Shown here: in pieces, positions 29,400-38,400 of the stretch
How the letters are laid out: the number at the start of each line of letters is the position of its first letter
Numbering within the stretch: position 1 is the first letter of the stretch
Source of the DNA: an uncultured Alphaproteobacteria bacterium
Lineage (GTDB): Bacteria; Pseudomonadota; Alphaproteobacteria; Micavibrionales; CSBR16-224
Assembly (NCBI GenBank): GCA_950054485.1
Contig: CATLPD010000002.1
Span: 248,644 to 312,643, forward strand
DNA: 64,000 bases
Direction: 5' to 3'
Notes under the pieces: model-generated
The model's database searches: none
What the model was told of the DNA's origin: nothing
What the model saw: the letters and a program-made list of their open reading frames with translations, nothing else
Position numbers and translations under genes: made by a program

Positions 29400-30959
29400 C
29401 TATTTGGATGCGTTATTAAACTGACTATCTGCCGTATGTGTTGAAAAATGGTTTTTATATTTACGCAAAACCTTTTCAATATTGGCTTTGGTCTCGTCTG
29501 TGATATGCAGACCCCATTTTGAGCGACGGGTTAGAATATCTTCCATCGTCATGGCCCATTCTTTCATCACCAGATAGGCGATTTCGGCCTCGTATATGCC
29601 ACCGCCAAGATGCTGGCCCAGATCTTCCAATCGTTTCGCGCCGCGTAAAAAGAATCTGGCACGTGATCCATATGTCTTGCAATAACGATAGGCGATTTCC
29701 TTGGGCAGCCAGGCAAATTCGCGCTGGAAGGTTTTATAATACATATAAAAATCAGCTGTATTAATATCACCGCCCGGCAGCACGGCGAATTCCGTCCAGG
29801 GTTCGCTGGCATTCCCCATACGCTCGCAAATCATATTTGCAGCCTGCTCTGACAGCTTTCTGTAGCTGGTCAGCTTACCACCAAATACCGATAATATGGG
29901 TAGACCCTGATAGTCCTTTATTTCCAGTTTGTAATTTCGGGTCACGCTCGAGGCATTGTCCTTGCCATCATCAAACAGGCTGCGTACACCGCTGTATGTT
30001 GAAACAACGTCTGCAGGGTTGATCTGAACTTTGAAATATTCGTTTACAGCCTTGCAAAGGTAAGAAATCTCGTCTTTTGATGCTGACACATCTGCCGGAT
30101 CGCCGCGATAGTTCACGTCTGTCGTTCCGATCAAAGTGAATTCACCTTCGTATGGTATTGCAAAGACGACGCGCCCATCGTCGTTTTGTAATGTGTAGGC
30201 CTGAGATCCCTCAAATATTTTCGGCACAATGATGTGGCTGCCTTTGATTAGGCGCGTTTTGTATTCGGTTAGTTTTTTATCAATGCCTTCGATAATCTGT
30301 GAGACCCAAGGACCGGCAGCATTAATAACGCATTTGGCATCAATGAATACTTCGCGTTTCGAAATCTGGTCTTCGCACGTAATACGCCAGACTTGTGCGC
30401 CACGTTTTTTTCGAACGGCTTTACATTTCATACGGGTAAAGATTTGCGCACCTTTTTCGGACGCGTCCAACGCATTCGCCAAAACCAGACGTGCATCATC
30501 AGCCCAGCAGTCAGAATAAAGGATACCGCGTTTATATTCGTCTTTTAATGGAGCGCCAAATTCATGCGTTTTGAAATTCAGGCCTTCTGAACCCGGAAGA
30601 AAATCGCGTGGCGCCAGATAATCATATAAAAATACGCCCAGGCGTATTAACCAGTATGGACGTTGCGATTTATTATGTGGCAGAACAAAGTCCATAGGGC
30701 TGATCAAATGTGGTGCAGATCGCAGCAAAACCTCGCGTTCCATTAAAGATTGGCGCACCAGTTTAAAGTCTTTGTGCTCCAGATATCTGAGACCACCGTG
30801 GATAATCTTGCTACTGGCGGATGATGTGGCAGAGCCTAAATCGCCTTGTTCGCACAAGACCACAGACATTCCCCTACCCGCAAGATCGCGTGCGATACCG
30901 GCGCCGTTAATGCCGCCGCCGATTACCAGAACATCTGTAGAAATTTCTTTGACTGTCAT
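29400..30959 (-). CDS. glpD: Aerobic glycerol-3-phosphate dehydrogenase (FAD)
   Basis: 519 aa with FAD fold DVLVIGGGINGAGIARDLAGRG. It lies 2 nt upstream of glpK. Confidence 0.9.
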   Translation of the reverse strand: MTVKEISTDVLVIGGGINGAGIARDLAGRGMSVVLCEQGDLGSATSSASSKIIHGGLRYLEHKDFKLVRQSLMEREVLLRSAPHLISPMDFVLPHNKSQRPYWLIRLGVFLYDYLAPRDFLPGSEGLNFKTHEFGAPLKDEYKRGILYSDCWADDARLVLANALDASEKGAQIFTRMKCKAVRKKRGAQVWRITCEDQISKREVFIDAKCVINAAGPWVSQIIEGIDKKLTEYKTRLIKGSHIIVPKIFEGSQAYTLQNDDGRVVFAIPYEGEFTLIGTTDVNYRGDPADVSASKDEISYLCKAVNEYFKVQINPADVVSTYSGVRSLFDDGKDNASSVTRNYKLEIKDYQGLPILSVFGGKLTSYRKLSEQAANMICERMGNASEPWTEFAVLPGGDINTADFYMYYKTFQREFAWLPKEIAYRYCKTYGSRARFFLRGAKRLEDLGQHLGGGIYEAEIAYLVMKEWAMTMEDILTRRSKWGLHITDETKANIEKVLRKYKNHFSTHTADSQFNNASK

Positions 30960-30960
30960 A

Positions 30961-31031
30961 TAAAAAAACTTGGCAGAGTTAAAACTGAAATACTGCTTTA
31001 TACAGTATAATAGATTTTAATCTCTGCCAAG
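30961..31031 (-). promoter_or_regulatory. Long imperfect hairpin plus U7 tract abutting the glpD start codon
   Basis: The minus-strand RNA has CUUGGCAGAG(A)UUAAAA ... UUUUAACUCUGCCAAG with an inner AUACUG/CAGUAU stem. This is followed by UUUUUUU and, 2 nt later, the ATG. No Shine-Dalgarno sequence is present. Confidence 0.4.
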
Positions 31032-31068
31032 GATTTGCGCTGAAATAATCAGCTTATTTAAAGTGGAA

Positions 31069-31212
31069 TTAGTCTGTTTCTTTACCAATAATGTAACCTG
31101 CACCTGCGCCGGCGGCTGCCGCGCCAACTTCACGTGTTGTACAAGCTGTAACGATGCTGGTACCGCCAATAATGGCCAATGTCAGCATAAAGGCTTTGAT
31201 TGAAAAGTTCAT
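31069..31212 (-). CDS. 47-aa glycine-zipper lipoprotein (not in ORF track)
   Basis: Translation is MNFSIKAFMLTLAIIGGTSIVTACTTREVGAAAAGAGAGYIIGKETD. It has a lipobox VTAC, a Gly/Ala zipper, and an AGGAG RBS 7 nt upstream of the ATG. Confidence 0.65.
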   Translation of the reverse strand: MNFSIKAFMLTLAIIGGTSIVTACTTREVGAAAAGAGAGYIIGKETD

Positions 31213-31287
31213 GGTATATCTCCTATGGTTTATGTTCATAATTCACAAACACATTCCCTTAGGTAGAGTTCCCAATTATTATGGATT

Positions 31288-31737
31288 TTATAGCGGGCGT
31301 TGCTGAACGACCTGTAACAGAACGTCTGTTGCGGTTTCCGGTCCTAATACTTTCTGGGTTACAGATAGCATACGCTTTTTAATAGCATGAACATCCAAAA
31401 CCTTACCGTTAACTAAACCGTAGCCGGCCCCTAATACTCCGTACAGGTCTTGAATGAATGCGTCAGCAAGACGCGGCTGATAGCGCTCTATCGTCGGAAT
31501 TTTCCCGTAGGGCACTTCAATCGATACGACCAAACTGACCTGCTGAACGATACCACCTTGCTGAATGATAGGTATCATCAAAGGGCTCATCTGAAAATAT
31601 TCATATTCAGGTGCGTCTTTGACTTCATCTTCGCTATCTGCCGCAGACGCCGTTGTCACGAACGATAATTGATTATTGTTATTTATATCTGCAAAAAAGA
31701 CTGCAAATGCCATTAACAGCACAAATGCATATCGCAT
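31288..31737 (-). CDS. Exported hypothetical protein, FliL-like pattern
   Basis: I prefer the start at ATG 31737 (MRYAFVLLMAFAVFFA, GGGGAG RBS). The pattern YFQMSPLMIPII..G.IVQQVSLVVSIEV...YQPRLADAFIQDL resembles FliL-type periplasmic domains. This is a weak call. Confidence 0.45.
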   Translation of the reverse strand: MRYAFVLLMAFAVFFADINNNNQLSFVTTASAADSEDEVKDAPEYEYFQMSPLMIPIIQQGGIVQQVSLVVSIEVPYGKIPTIERYQPRLADAFIQDLYGVLGAGYGLVNGKVLDVHAIKKRMLSVTQKVLGPETATDVLLQVVQQRPL

Positions 31738-31817
31738 GGAACATACTCCCCTCGAATAAACCCCGTCCTTTAACCAGTATGACAAAAGAAAGTTAAAACG
31801 GGTTTAACAAGGCGATG

Positions 31818-33347
31818 CTATGTTTTCTTTTTCTTGGCAATATAGGCTGTAAAGTCCTGCTTTAGCTTGGGCGCAAGCACATATAATCCAATAATGTTTG
31901 GAATCGTCATCGCGAAAATCGCCGCATCCATGAAGTTAATGATATTCCCCATAGTTGCGCCGCCGCCAATGATCACAAACAAACAATATAAGACTTTAAA
32001 TGTTATTTCAGCCTGCTTCGTCTCGCCAAAGATGTAGGTAAATGATTTCAAACCATAGTACGACCAGGCAATCATTGTGGAAAATGCAAACAGAATAACT
32101 GACAAAGCCAGAATATACGGGAAGAACCATATATGTTCACCAAAAGCACGTGATGTCAGATCAACGCCTTCAACACCGCTGCTATCCACATAAACGCCAC
32201 TAACGACAATGACCAGCGCTGTCATTGTGCAGATAACGACCGTATCGATAAATGGCTCAAGCATACCGACAATCCCCTGACTGACGTGACTGTCCGTTTT
32301 AACGGCAGCATGCGCAATCGAGGCCGAACCTAAACCGGCTTCGTTCGAGAAAGCAGCCCGTCTTACCCCTTGGATAATAGCGCCAAAAAAGCCACCGGCT
32401 GCAGCGTCAACACCAAAGGCGCTTTTGAAAATAATGCCAAAAGCCTCAGGGACTGCATCATAATTGAACAAAATGACAAACAAGGCAGCACCAACATAAA
32501 GTACGGCCATGAATGGCACGATTTTCTCAGCTGTTCTGGCGATTGATTTGATGCCGCCGATAATAACAGCTGCGACTAAACATGCGACCACGACACCGAA
32601 CAACCAGCCTCTGCCAGCCATAAAGCTGGCCTCGCCGCCTGTTACATTCACAAATTGCTGAAAGGCCTGATTGACCTGAAACATGTTACCGCCGCCAATG
32701 GCCCCGCCAATACAGCAAAGCGAAAAGAAAGCGCCAAAGAACCAACCCAGCTTTTTATAACCCATCGACCCGAAACCATCACGCAGATAGTACATCGGAC
32801 CGCCGGAATAATCGCCGTCCTTGTTAACATGTCTATATTTGACCGCCAGCGAAATTTCAGTAAATTTGGTCGACATACCAAACAACCCCATGAGGATCAT
32901 CCAGACCATCGCACCGGGCCCGCCGACTGATATTGCAACGGCAACACCTGCGATATTCCCAAGACCGACAGTTCCCGACACACTGGTCGATAAAGCCTGC
33001 AGGCGGCTGATCTCACCCTTCTTATCTTTCTTTTTCATCTTCGTCGGTTCACGCAAAAGATCAATCGCATGTTTGAAATAGCGGATATTGGCAAAACCAA
33101 AATAGAAAGTGAAAAAGACAGATGCGCATACCAACCAGATTAAGACCAAAGGAACGGATTGCCCCAACATGTCAACGCTGTAGAATACTGTATTCAAGGC
33201 GGCTTCTGATACGGGGGCAAAAGCCTCATCAATTCTTTGGTCAAAGCCCGCCGGCAAATCTTCGATCCCGTCTTGCTGGGCAAAAGCAGGTATATTCGCA
33301 AATACAATTGTTAGAAACGCAGAAAATGCGGTCAAAAAGCGTGTCAT
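31818..33347 (-). CDS. Alanine/glycine:cation symporter (AGCS family)
   Basis: 509 aa, polytopic, with family motifs GNIAGVAVAISVGGPGAMVWM and FSNEAGLGSASIAHAA. Confidence 0.85.
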   Translation of the reverse strand: MTRFLTAFSAFLTIVFANIPAFAQQDGIEDLPAGFDQRIDEAFAPVSEAALNTVFYSVDMLGQSVPLVLIWLVCASVFFTFYFGFANIRYFKHAIDLLREPTKMKKKDKKGEISRLQALSTSVSGTVGLGNIAGVAVAISVGGPGAMVWMILMGLFGMSTKFTEISLAVKYRHVNKDGDYSGGPMYYLRDGFGSMGYKKLGWFFGAFFSLCCIGGAIGGGNMFQVNQAFQQFVNVTGGEASFMAGRGWLFGVVVACLVAAVIIGGIKSIARTAEKIVPFMAVLYVGAALFVILFNYDAVPEAFGIIFKSAFGVDAAAGGFFGAIIQGVRRAAFSNEAGLGSASIAHAAVKTDSHVSQGIVGMLEPFIDTVVICTMTALVIVVSGVYVDSSGVEGVDLTSRAFGEHIWFFPYILALSVILFAFSTMIAWSYYGLKSFTYIFGETKQAEITFKVLYCLFVIIGGGATMGNIINFMDAAIFAMTIPNIIGLYVLAPKLKQDFTAYIAKKKKT

Positions 33348-33424
33348 AATATGGGGTCCCCCGACGTTAATTTATACAAATGCTAACACAGGCGGAATAT
33401 GAAATAAAGCTAAGCGTTTTCTGA

Positions 33425-33919
33425 TCAGTTCTTTGGCGGTTTGTTTGATTTTGGGCCGCGCTGAATTTTGAATTCTATGGGCTCTTCTGTGGTCTTTAAT
33501 GCCTCTTTTTTCAAACCGTCAACAATCCATTGTTGTTTATCGGCGCATTTTTGGGCCTTCTTTAAAAATTTCTGCCTGATCTTATTTGATGGTGCGTTTT
33601 CAAATTTACGCTCAAGTGTAGAAATTCTACTTTCCAATCGCTGGTAAGCCCTTTGCTGAGCCTTATTTGCAGGATAATTGGCGCCAAGATGATGTATTCT
33701 CGCTTTGGTTTTATAATCTTCCAAGTTTTGCAATGTCTCTGAAATCGCCGGGCCGGAAACACTTGCAGTTATTAACCCTGTACACAATAAAGTAGCTCCA
33801 CCATCAAGTGGCAGCATACAAGCCCCCATAGTATTTAATGATGCAAGGCTACCCCACCCTAATTTGCGTGGGTGATTAACTTTCGCGCGTGTAAACTTCG
33901 CTTTTAAACTTTCCAGCAT
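33425..33919 (-). CDS. Hypothetical protein
   Basis: 164-aa ORF with one hydrophobic segment (GACMLPLDGGATLLCTGLITASV) and a basic helical C-terminal half. I recognise no family. Confidence 0.4.
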   Translation of the reverse strand: MLESLKAKFTRAKVNHPRKLGWGSLASLNTMGACMLPLDGGATLLCTGLITASVSGPAISETLQNLEDYKTKARIHHLGANYPANKAQQRAYQRLESRISTLERKFENAPSNKIRQKFLKKAQKCADKQQWIVDGLKKEALKTTEEPIEFKIQRGPKSNKPPKN

Positions 33920-33977
33920 ATTTTGCTCCCGTTTTTATTTGCATAATAACAGTGCGCATAAATATGTCAATGCAAAA

Positions 33978-34463
33978 TCAGTAATAACGGTTACATTTTG
34001 GCTTGGACGCTGGTTGTGTCGGCCATTCCTGTTGTGCCCAACGGCGGATCGTATCGTGATCCATGGTCAATGCCTGATCAATGCGCCCGCCATAATGACG
34101 ACAAAAGGCCGCCATATTCATACGAATGGCTTTTTGGGAAACTTCATTCGCCAGTTCGGTGCGCAGATCATGAAGCGATGCTTCAGCATCCTGACCGGTC
34201 GAACGAAAATGGGACAGCATGGTCGTCTCGTATTGGCCTAGCAAATACTGGTTTTTGTTCGTGAATTTACGGTATTTGTTATACAGCCCCTCGCCGCCGC
34301 GCACCTTTTGGCAGGTCAGACCAATCACCATTAATTCGCTGTGGATACGCAGCCCTTGCTCGGCTTCAAATTCCTGCGCGTTATAACAACCAGAGGCCGC
34401 ATAGGAGTTTGAAAAAGTTAAGGCCAATAAAATCAATGAGAAGGCATAAGCTTTTAAAGTCAT
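33978..34463 (-). CDS. Secreted hypothetical protein (4 Cys)
   Basis: 161 aa with signal peptide MTLKAYAFSLILLALTFSNSYA. I recognise no family. Confidence 0.5.
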   Translation of the reverse strand: MTLKAYAFSLILLALTFSNSYAASGCYNAQEFEAEQGLRIHSELMVIGLTCQKVRGGEGLYNKYRKFTNKNQYLLGQYETTMLSHFRSTGQDAEASLHDLRTELANEVSQKAIRMNMAAFCRHYGGRIDQALTMDHDTIRRWAQQEWPTQPASKPKCNRYY

Positions 34464-34623
34464 AAAGGGTGTCCCTGGCTAAGTAAATAACTCCATGAGT
34501 CTAAATACGCACGGGGAATAGTCAATCACTCTTTTACGGTGATTATGTTTAAGCGCTGGACATTTGGTCATAAATATGTTTTAAAAAGCGAATAGCAAAA
34601 ATAACGATTCTAGACGGGTAAAA

Positions 34624-36003
34624 ATGGCACAAAATCAGAAAAAACTGTTTATCAAAACTTGGGGTTGTCAGATGAATGTCTATGACAGCAACAAGATGGC
34701 GGATATTCTGATGCCGCTGGGATATAAGCCAGTTGACGCACCTGATGATGCGGATTTCATCATTTTAAATACCTGTCATATCCGTGAAAAAGCGACTGAG
34801 AAAGTATTTTCCGAATTAGGGCGTATGAAGCCACATAAACAAAGAAAACAGGAACAGGGAAACAAAGCCCTGATCGCGGTTGCCGGCTGTGTGGCACAGG
34901 CTGAGGGGGATTACATTATGGAGCGGGCCCCATATGTCGATATGGTCTTCGGTCCGCAGACCTATCACGAATTGCCTGAAATGGTGGCCAAAACAATAGG
35001 TGCCTATGGCAAGTCCCGTATCGTCAATACCGAGCTGAGCACGGATAATAAGTTCGATAAATTGCCCGAAGAAGCGCAAAGCCAGGGGGTATCTGCGTTT
35101 CTGTCTGTTCAGGAAGGCTGCGATAAATTCTGCACTTTCTGTGTCGTGCCCTATACCCGCGGTGCTGAATATTCGCGCCCGCCGGAACAAATTCTTGAAG
35201 AAGCCCGTCGCATGGTTGCAAACGGCGTACGTGAAATCACGCTGCTGGGCCAGAACGTTAACGCCTATCACGGCGATGACGAAAACGGTAAGACATGGGG
35301 CCTTGGCCGCCTGATCCGCGAATTGGCTGAATTTGATGCGCTGGAGCGCATTCGCTATACCACATCACACCCCCGTGATATGGATGATGAATTGATCGCC
35401 GCGCATGGCGACGTTGAAAAACTAATGCCATTTTTGCATTTGCCTGTTCAAAGCGGATCAGACCGTATCCTGAAACTGATGAACCGTAAACATACCGCCG
35501 ATGATTATCGTCGTATCATTGATCGTTTGCGTGATGTTAGGCCTGATTTGGCGCTTTCATCTGACTTTATTGTCGGCTTCCCCGGCGAAAGCGAAGATGA
35601 TCATCAGGCCACATTGAAGCTGGTTGAAGATATCGGCTATACATTCTGCTATTCATTTGCGTACAGCCCCCGCCCCGGCACACCGGGCGCAAATATGGGC
35701 GGCATGGTCCATAAAGATATCGCATCACGCCGCTTGCAGGAATTACAAGGGCTTTTGAATAAGCAACAGGTTGAATTCAACAAAAATACGATTGGCATGA
35801 CTTTACCGATCCTGCTGGATCGGAAAGGCAGCCGTGATGGCCAGATGCACGGTCGTTCACCCTTTATGCAGTCAACCCATGTTCAGGCTGATGAACGCCT
35901 GTACGGGCAAATTGTAAATGTAAAAATTGAAAAGGCGTTTGCCAATTCTGTATCCGGCACCATCGTTACCGCAGATGGTGTTATTTTAAGTAATGCGGCT
36001 TAA
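34624..36003 (+). CDS. miaB: tRNA-i6A37 methylthiotransferase MiaB
   Basis: 459 aa with the N-terminal cluster (TWGCQMN), radical-SAM motif CDKFCTFCVVPYTRG and a TRAM domain. Confidence 0.93.
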   Translation: MAQNQKKLFIKTWGCQMNVYDSNKMADILMPLGYKPVDAPDDADFIILNTCHIREKATEKVFSELGRMKPHKQRKQEQGNKALIAVAGCVAQAEGDYIMERAPYVDMVFGPQTYHELPEMVAKTIGAYGKSRIVNTELSTDNKFDKLPEEAQSQGVSAFLSVQEGCDKFCTFCVVPYTRGAEYSRPPEQILEEARRMVANGVREITLLGQNVNAYHGDDENGKTWGLGRLIRELAEFDALERIRYTTSHPRDMDDELIAAHGDVEKLMPFLHLPVQSGSDRILKLMNRKHTADDYRRIIDRLRDVRPDLALSSDFIVGFPGESEDDHQATLKLVEDIGYTFCYSFAYSPRPGTPGANMGGMVHKDIASRRLQELQGLLNKQQVEFNKNTIGMTLPILLDRKGSRDGQMHGRSPFMQSTHVQADERLYGQIVNVKIEKAFANSVSGTIVTADGVILSNAA

Positions 36004-36028
36004 CCCTTAATATAAGAAAGACAAAACC

Positions 36029-36760
36029 ATGGGAATGAATAAACCATCAATTTCAGAAATGTTTGAAGTCGCAAGCCGTAACGAACAGGCAAAAGGATTT
36101 CGCCCATATAAAGGCGAACAAGAAGAACTTGTTGATTTGATACGCGGCAATCTAATTACGTTTGCTCTTGGCGCTGCCGGTACGGGAAAAACACACTGTG
36201 TAATAGGAACAGCGGTCGAAGCCCTTAAGCGCGGAGAAGTTGATAAAATTGTAATTGTACGCCCTGCCGTGAACGCTGAAGAAGATTACGGTTACAGCAA
36301 AGGGTGGGACGAAGAAAAGCTTTCCGGTTATATGCAGCCTGTATTAGACGAATTCTGTAAGATTATAGGTGCCAAGAAAACAGCTGATTTCCTTGACAAT
36401 GGTACGATAAAAGTAATCCCTGTCGCCAAAATGCGTGGACGTACTTTGAACGATGCTTTTGTCGTTATCGACGAGGCGCAGAACAACACAATCGGACAAA
36501 CAGAAATGTTGATCAGCCGTGTTGGTAAAAACTCAAGGCTCGTGATCTGCGGTGATGCCAAACAAAATGACCTTGAAAAGGTCGGCAAGATCAGTGGTCT
36601 TATGGATGCGGTTGAACGTTTCACACCATTTAAAGGTGAAGGCCGTGTTGCGGTCAAAACCCTTAAAAATGTTATGCGTGGACCGATTGCAGAACTCGCT
36701 GTTCAGGCCTATTCGGAGAAATCAAAAGCTACGCCAACGACACCAAAACCAAAAAGTTAA
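36029..36760 (+). CDS. Short PhoH-like P-loop ATPase (extra paralog, core domain only)
   Basis: 243 aa with Walker A GAAGTGKTH and Walker B VVIDEAQN. It is colinear with the core of the following YbeZ but has no N-terminal domain, and ends in a low-complexity tail PTTPKPKS. Confidence 0.75.
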   Translation: MGMNKPSISEMFEVASRNEQAKGFRPYKGEQEELVDLIRGNLITFALGAAGTGKTHCVIGTAVEALKRGEVDKIVIVRPAVNAEEDYGYSKGWDEEKLSGYMQPVLDEFCKIIGAKKTADFLDNGTIKVIPVAKMRGRTLNDAFVVIDEAQNNTIGQTEMLISRVGKNSRLVICGDAKQNDLEKVGKISGLMDAVERFTPFKGEGRVAVKTLKNVMRGPIAELAVQAYSEKSKATPTTPKPKS

Positions 36761-36823
36761 TGTTTTTTCAGCTTTTTCTGATAGACTTTGAATAGAAGAA
36801 TCAATATCAGGAGTTTTTGAACT

Positions 36824-37843
36824 TTGAGTAGTAAAGAAGCCGTTCGTCGCATTGGGCTTCAATTTGACGATAACACACTGGCCCCACAACTGTTTGGGGA
36901 ACATGGTATCCACCTCAGCATGATCGAAGACGCATACAACGTCGACATTGCCTCCAAAGGTAATGAGCTCATGCTGAGCGGAACAAAAGATAACCTGAAA
37001 AAGGCACAGCGCGCACTTGATTCATTATGGGAGCGTTTGACACGTGACCTGGAAGTCGGCGTTCCTGAAGTCGAAGCAGCACTGCGTCTTGGCCAAAAAG
37101 ATCTTGACCCTGAGGCACGCAAACTGGCGATGGATGCTTTTAAAAAGCCGCAAATCAATGTTCAAAAAGGGACAAAAACCAAGCAAGTTACAGCCCGTAC
37201 GCCTAACCAGGCTGTATATCTGGATGCTATGGAAAAGAATGATGTCGTCTTTGGTCTAGGTCCTGCCGGTACTGGTAAAACATTTTTAGCCGTTGCACAG
37301 GCTGTAAAGATGCTGCAAGAGGGTAAAGTTGACCGCTTGATCATGTGTCGTCCTGCTGTCGAGGCCGGCGAACGACTTGGGTTCTTGCCGGGTGATATGC
37401 GCGAGAAAATTGACCCCTACCTTCGTCCGATCTATGATTCATTGAATGATTTGATGCCGCCTGAACAGGTTGTAAACCGTCTGGCTTCAGGACAAATTGA
37501 AATCGCGCCCTTGGCGTTCATGCGCGGGCGTACATTGGCAAATGCATTTATCATTCTTGATGAGGCACAGAACACAACCGCCATACAGATGAAAATGGTT
37601 TTAACCCGTTTGGGCGAGAACTCAAAAATGGTTATTAACGGGGATCCGTCCCAGATCGATTTGCCACGGGGCCAGATATCAGGCCTGAATGACGCCGAGG
37701 ATGCCCTGAATAATGTCGAAAGTATTGCCTTTGTGCGTTTTGACGATAATGATGTGGTGCGTCACAATACCGTTGCCCGTATTATCAAAGCATATGATAA
37801 GCGCGATAAGAACAAGCGCAACAGAGGCGGCAACGAAGAATAA
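36824..37843 (+). CDS. ybeZ: PhoH-like ATPase YbeZ
   Basis: 339 aa with a TTG start and GGAG about 10 nt upstream. It has an N-terminal KH-like region, Walker A GPAGTGKTF and Walker B IILDEAQN. It lies upstream of ybeY. Confidence 0.9.
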   Translation: MSSKEAVRRIGLQFDDNTLAPQLFGEHGIHLSMIEDAYNVDIASKGNELMLSGTKDNLKKAQRALDSLWERLTRDLEVGVPEVEAALRLGQKDLDPEARKLAMDAFKKPQINVQKGTKTKQVTARTPNQAVYLDAMEKNDVVFGLGPAGTGKTFLAVAQAVKMLQEGKVDRLIMCRPAVEAGERLGFLPGDMREKIDPYLRPIYDSLNDLMPPEQVVNRLASGQIEIAPLAFMRGRTLANAFIILDEAQNTTAIQMKMVLTRLGENSKMVINGDPSQIDLPRGQISGLNDAEDALNNVESIAFVRFDDNDVVRHNTVARIIKAYDKRDKNKRNRGGNEE

Positions 37844-38400
37844 TGCCTGAGCCTGTCGAACCTTCGCCGTCCCTTTCAAATGTTGCCGTAAGCCTCAGCA
37901 TTGAAGACCCTGTCTGGCGCGATGCTGATCTGGAAATCCCGCTCGAGGATTTTATAGAAGCGCATGTCAGGACTGTTCTTTATACCATTGAGATCCCTGT
38001 GCTAGAAAAGGCCGAGATGGTTGATGTCAGCGTCGTTTTAATGAATGATGCAATGATCCAAAGTATAAATCACGAATACCGCGGCAAGAACAAACCGACA
38101 AACGTGCTATCCTTTCCTCAGCTAACGGTTGAAGAAATCAAGTCAAGAGACTTAAATATAAATGAATTTTTGCCCTTAGGGGATATTCTGATATCATACG
38201 AGACGATCGTGCAAGAAGCAAAAGAGCAGGAAAAAGATTTTGATGCTCATTTTGCCCACATGATAATTCATGGTATGCTACACCTACTGGGGTACGACCA
38301 TCTGGAAGATGATGAAGCTGAAGAAATGGAACATGTAGAAACCCTCATTATGACGGGTCTTGGCTACAAAGCCCCTTACGAAGGAATGGAAAATGCCTGA
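37843..38400 (+). CDS. ybeY: rRNA maturation endoribonuclease YbeY
   Basis: 185 aa with zinc motif HGMLHLLGYDH. The start overlaps the ybeZ stop (TAATG). Confidence 0.9.
   Translation: MPEPVEPSPSLSNVAVSLSIEDPVWRDADLEIPLEDFIEAHVRTVLYTIEIPVLEKAEMVDVSVVLMNDAMIQSINHEYRGKNKPTNVLSFPQLTVEEIKSRDLNINEFLPLGDILISYETIVQEAKEQEKDFDAHFAHMIIHGMLHLLGYDHLEDDEAEEMEHVETLIMTGLGYKAPYEGMENA

Noticed and set aside
32184-32191. DnaA-box-like TATCCACA
   Set aside because: It is a single copy inside the AGCS transporter coding sequence, with no cluster and no AT-rich unwinding element. It is not an origin.
33348-33424. Possible glycine riboswitch upstream of the alanine/glycine symporter
   Set aside because: The 77-nt leader is too short and lacks the conserved glycine-aptamer helices.
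34816-35271. 151-aa ORF on the minus strand
   Set aside because: It is antisense within miaB. It is a shadow ORF.
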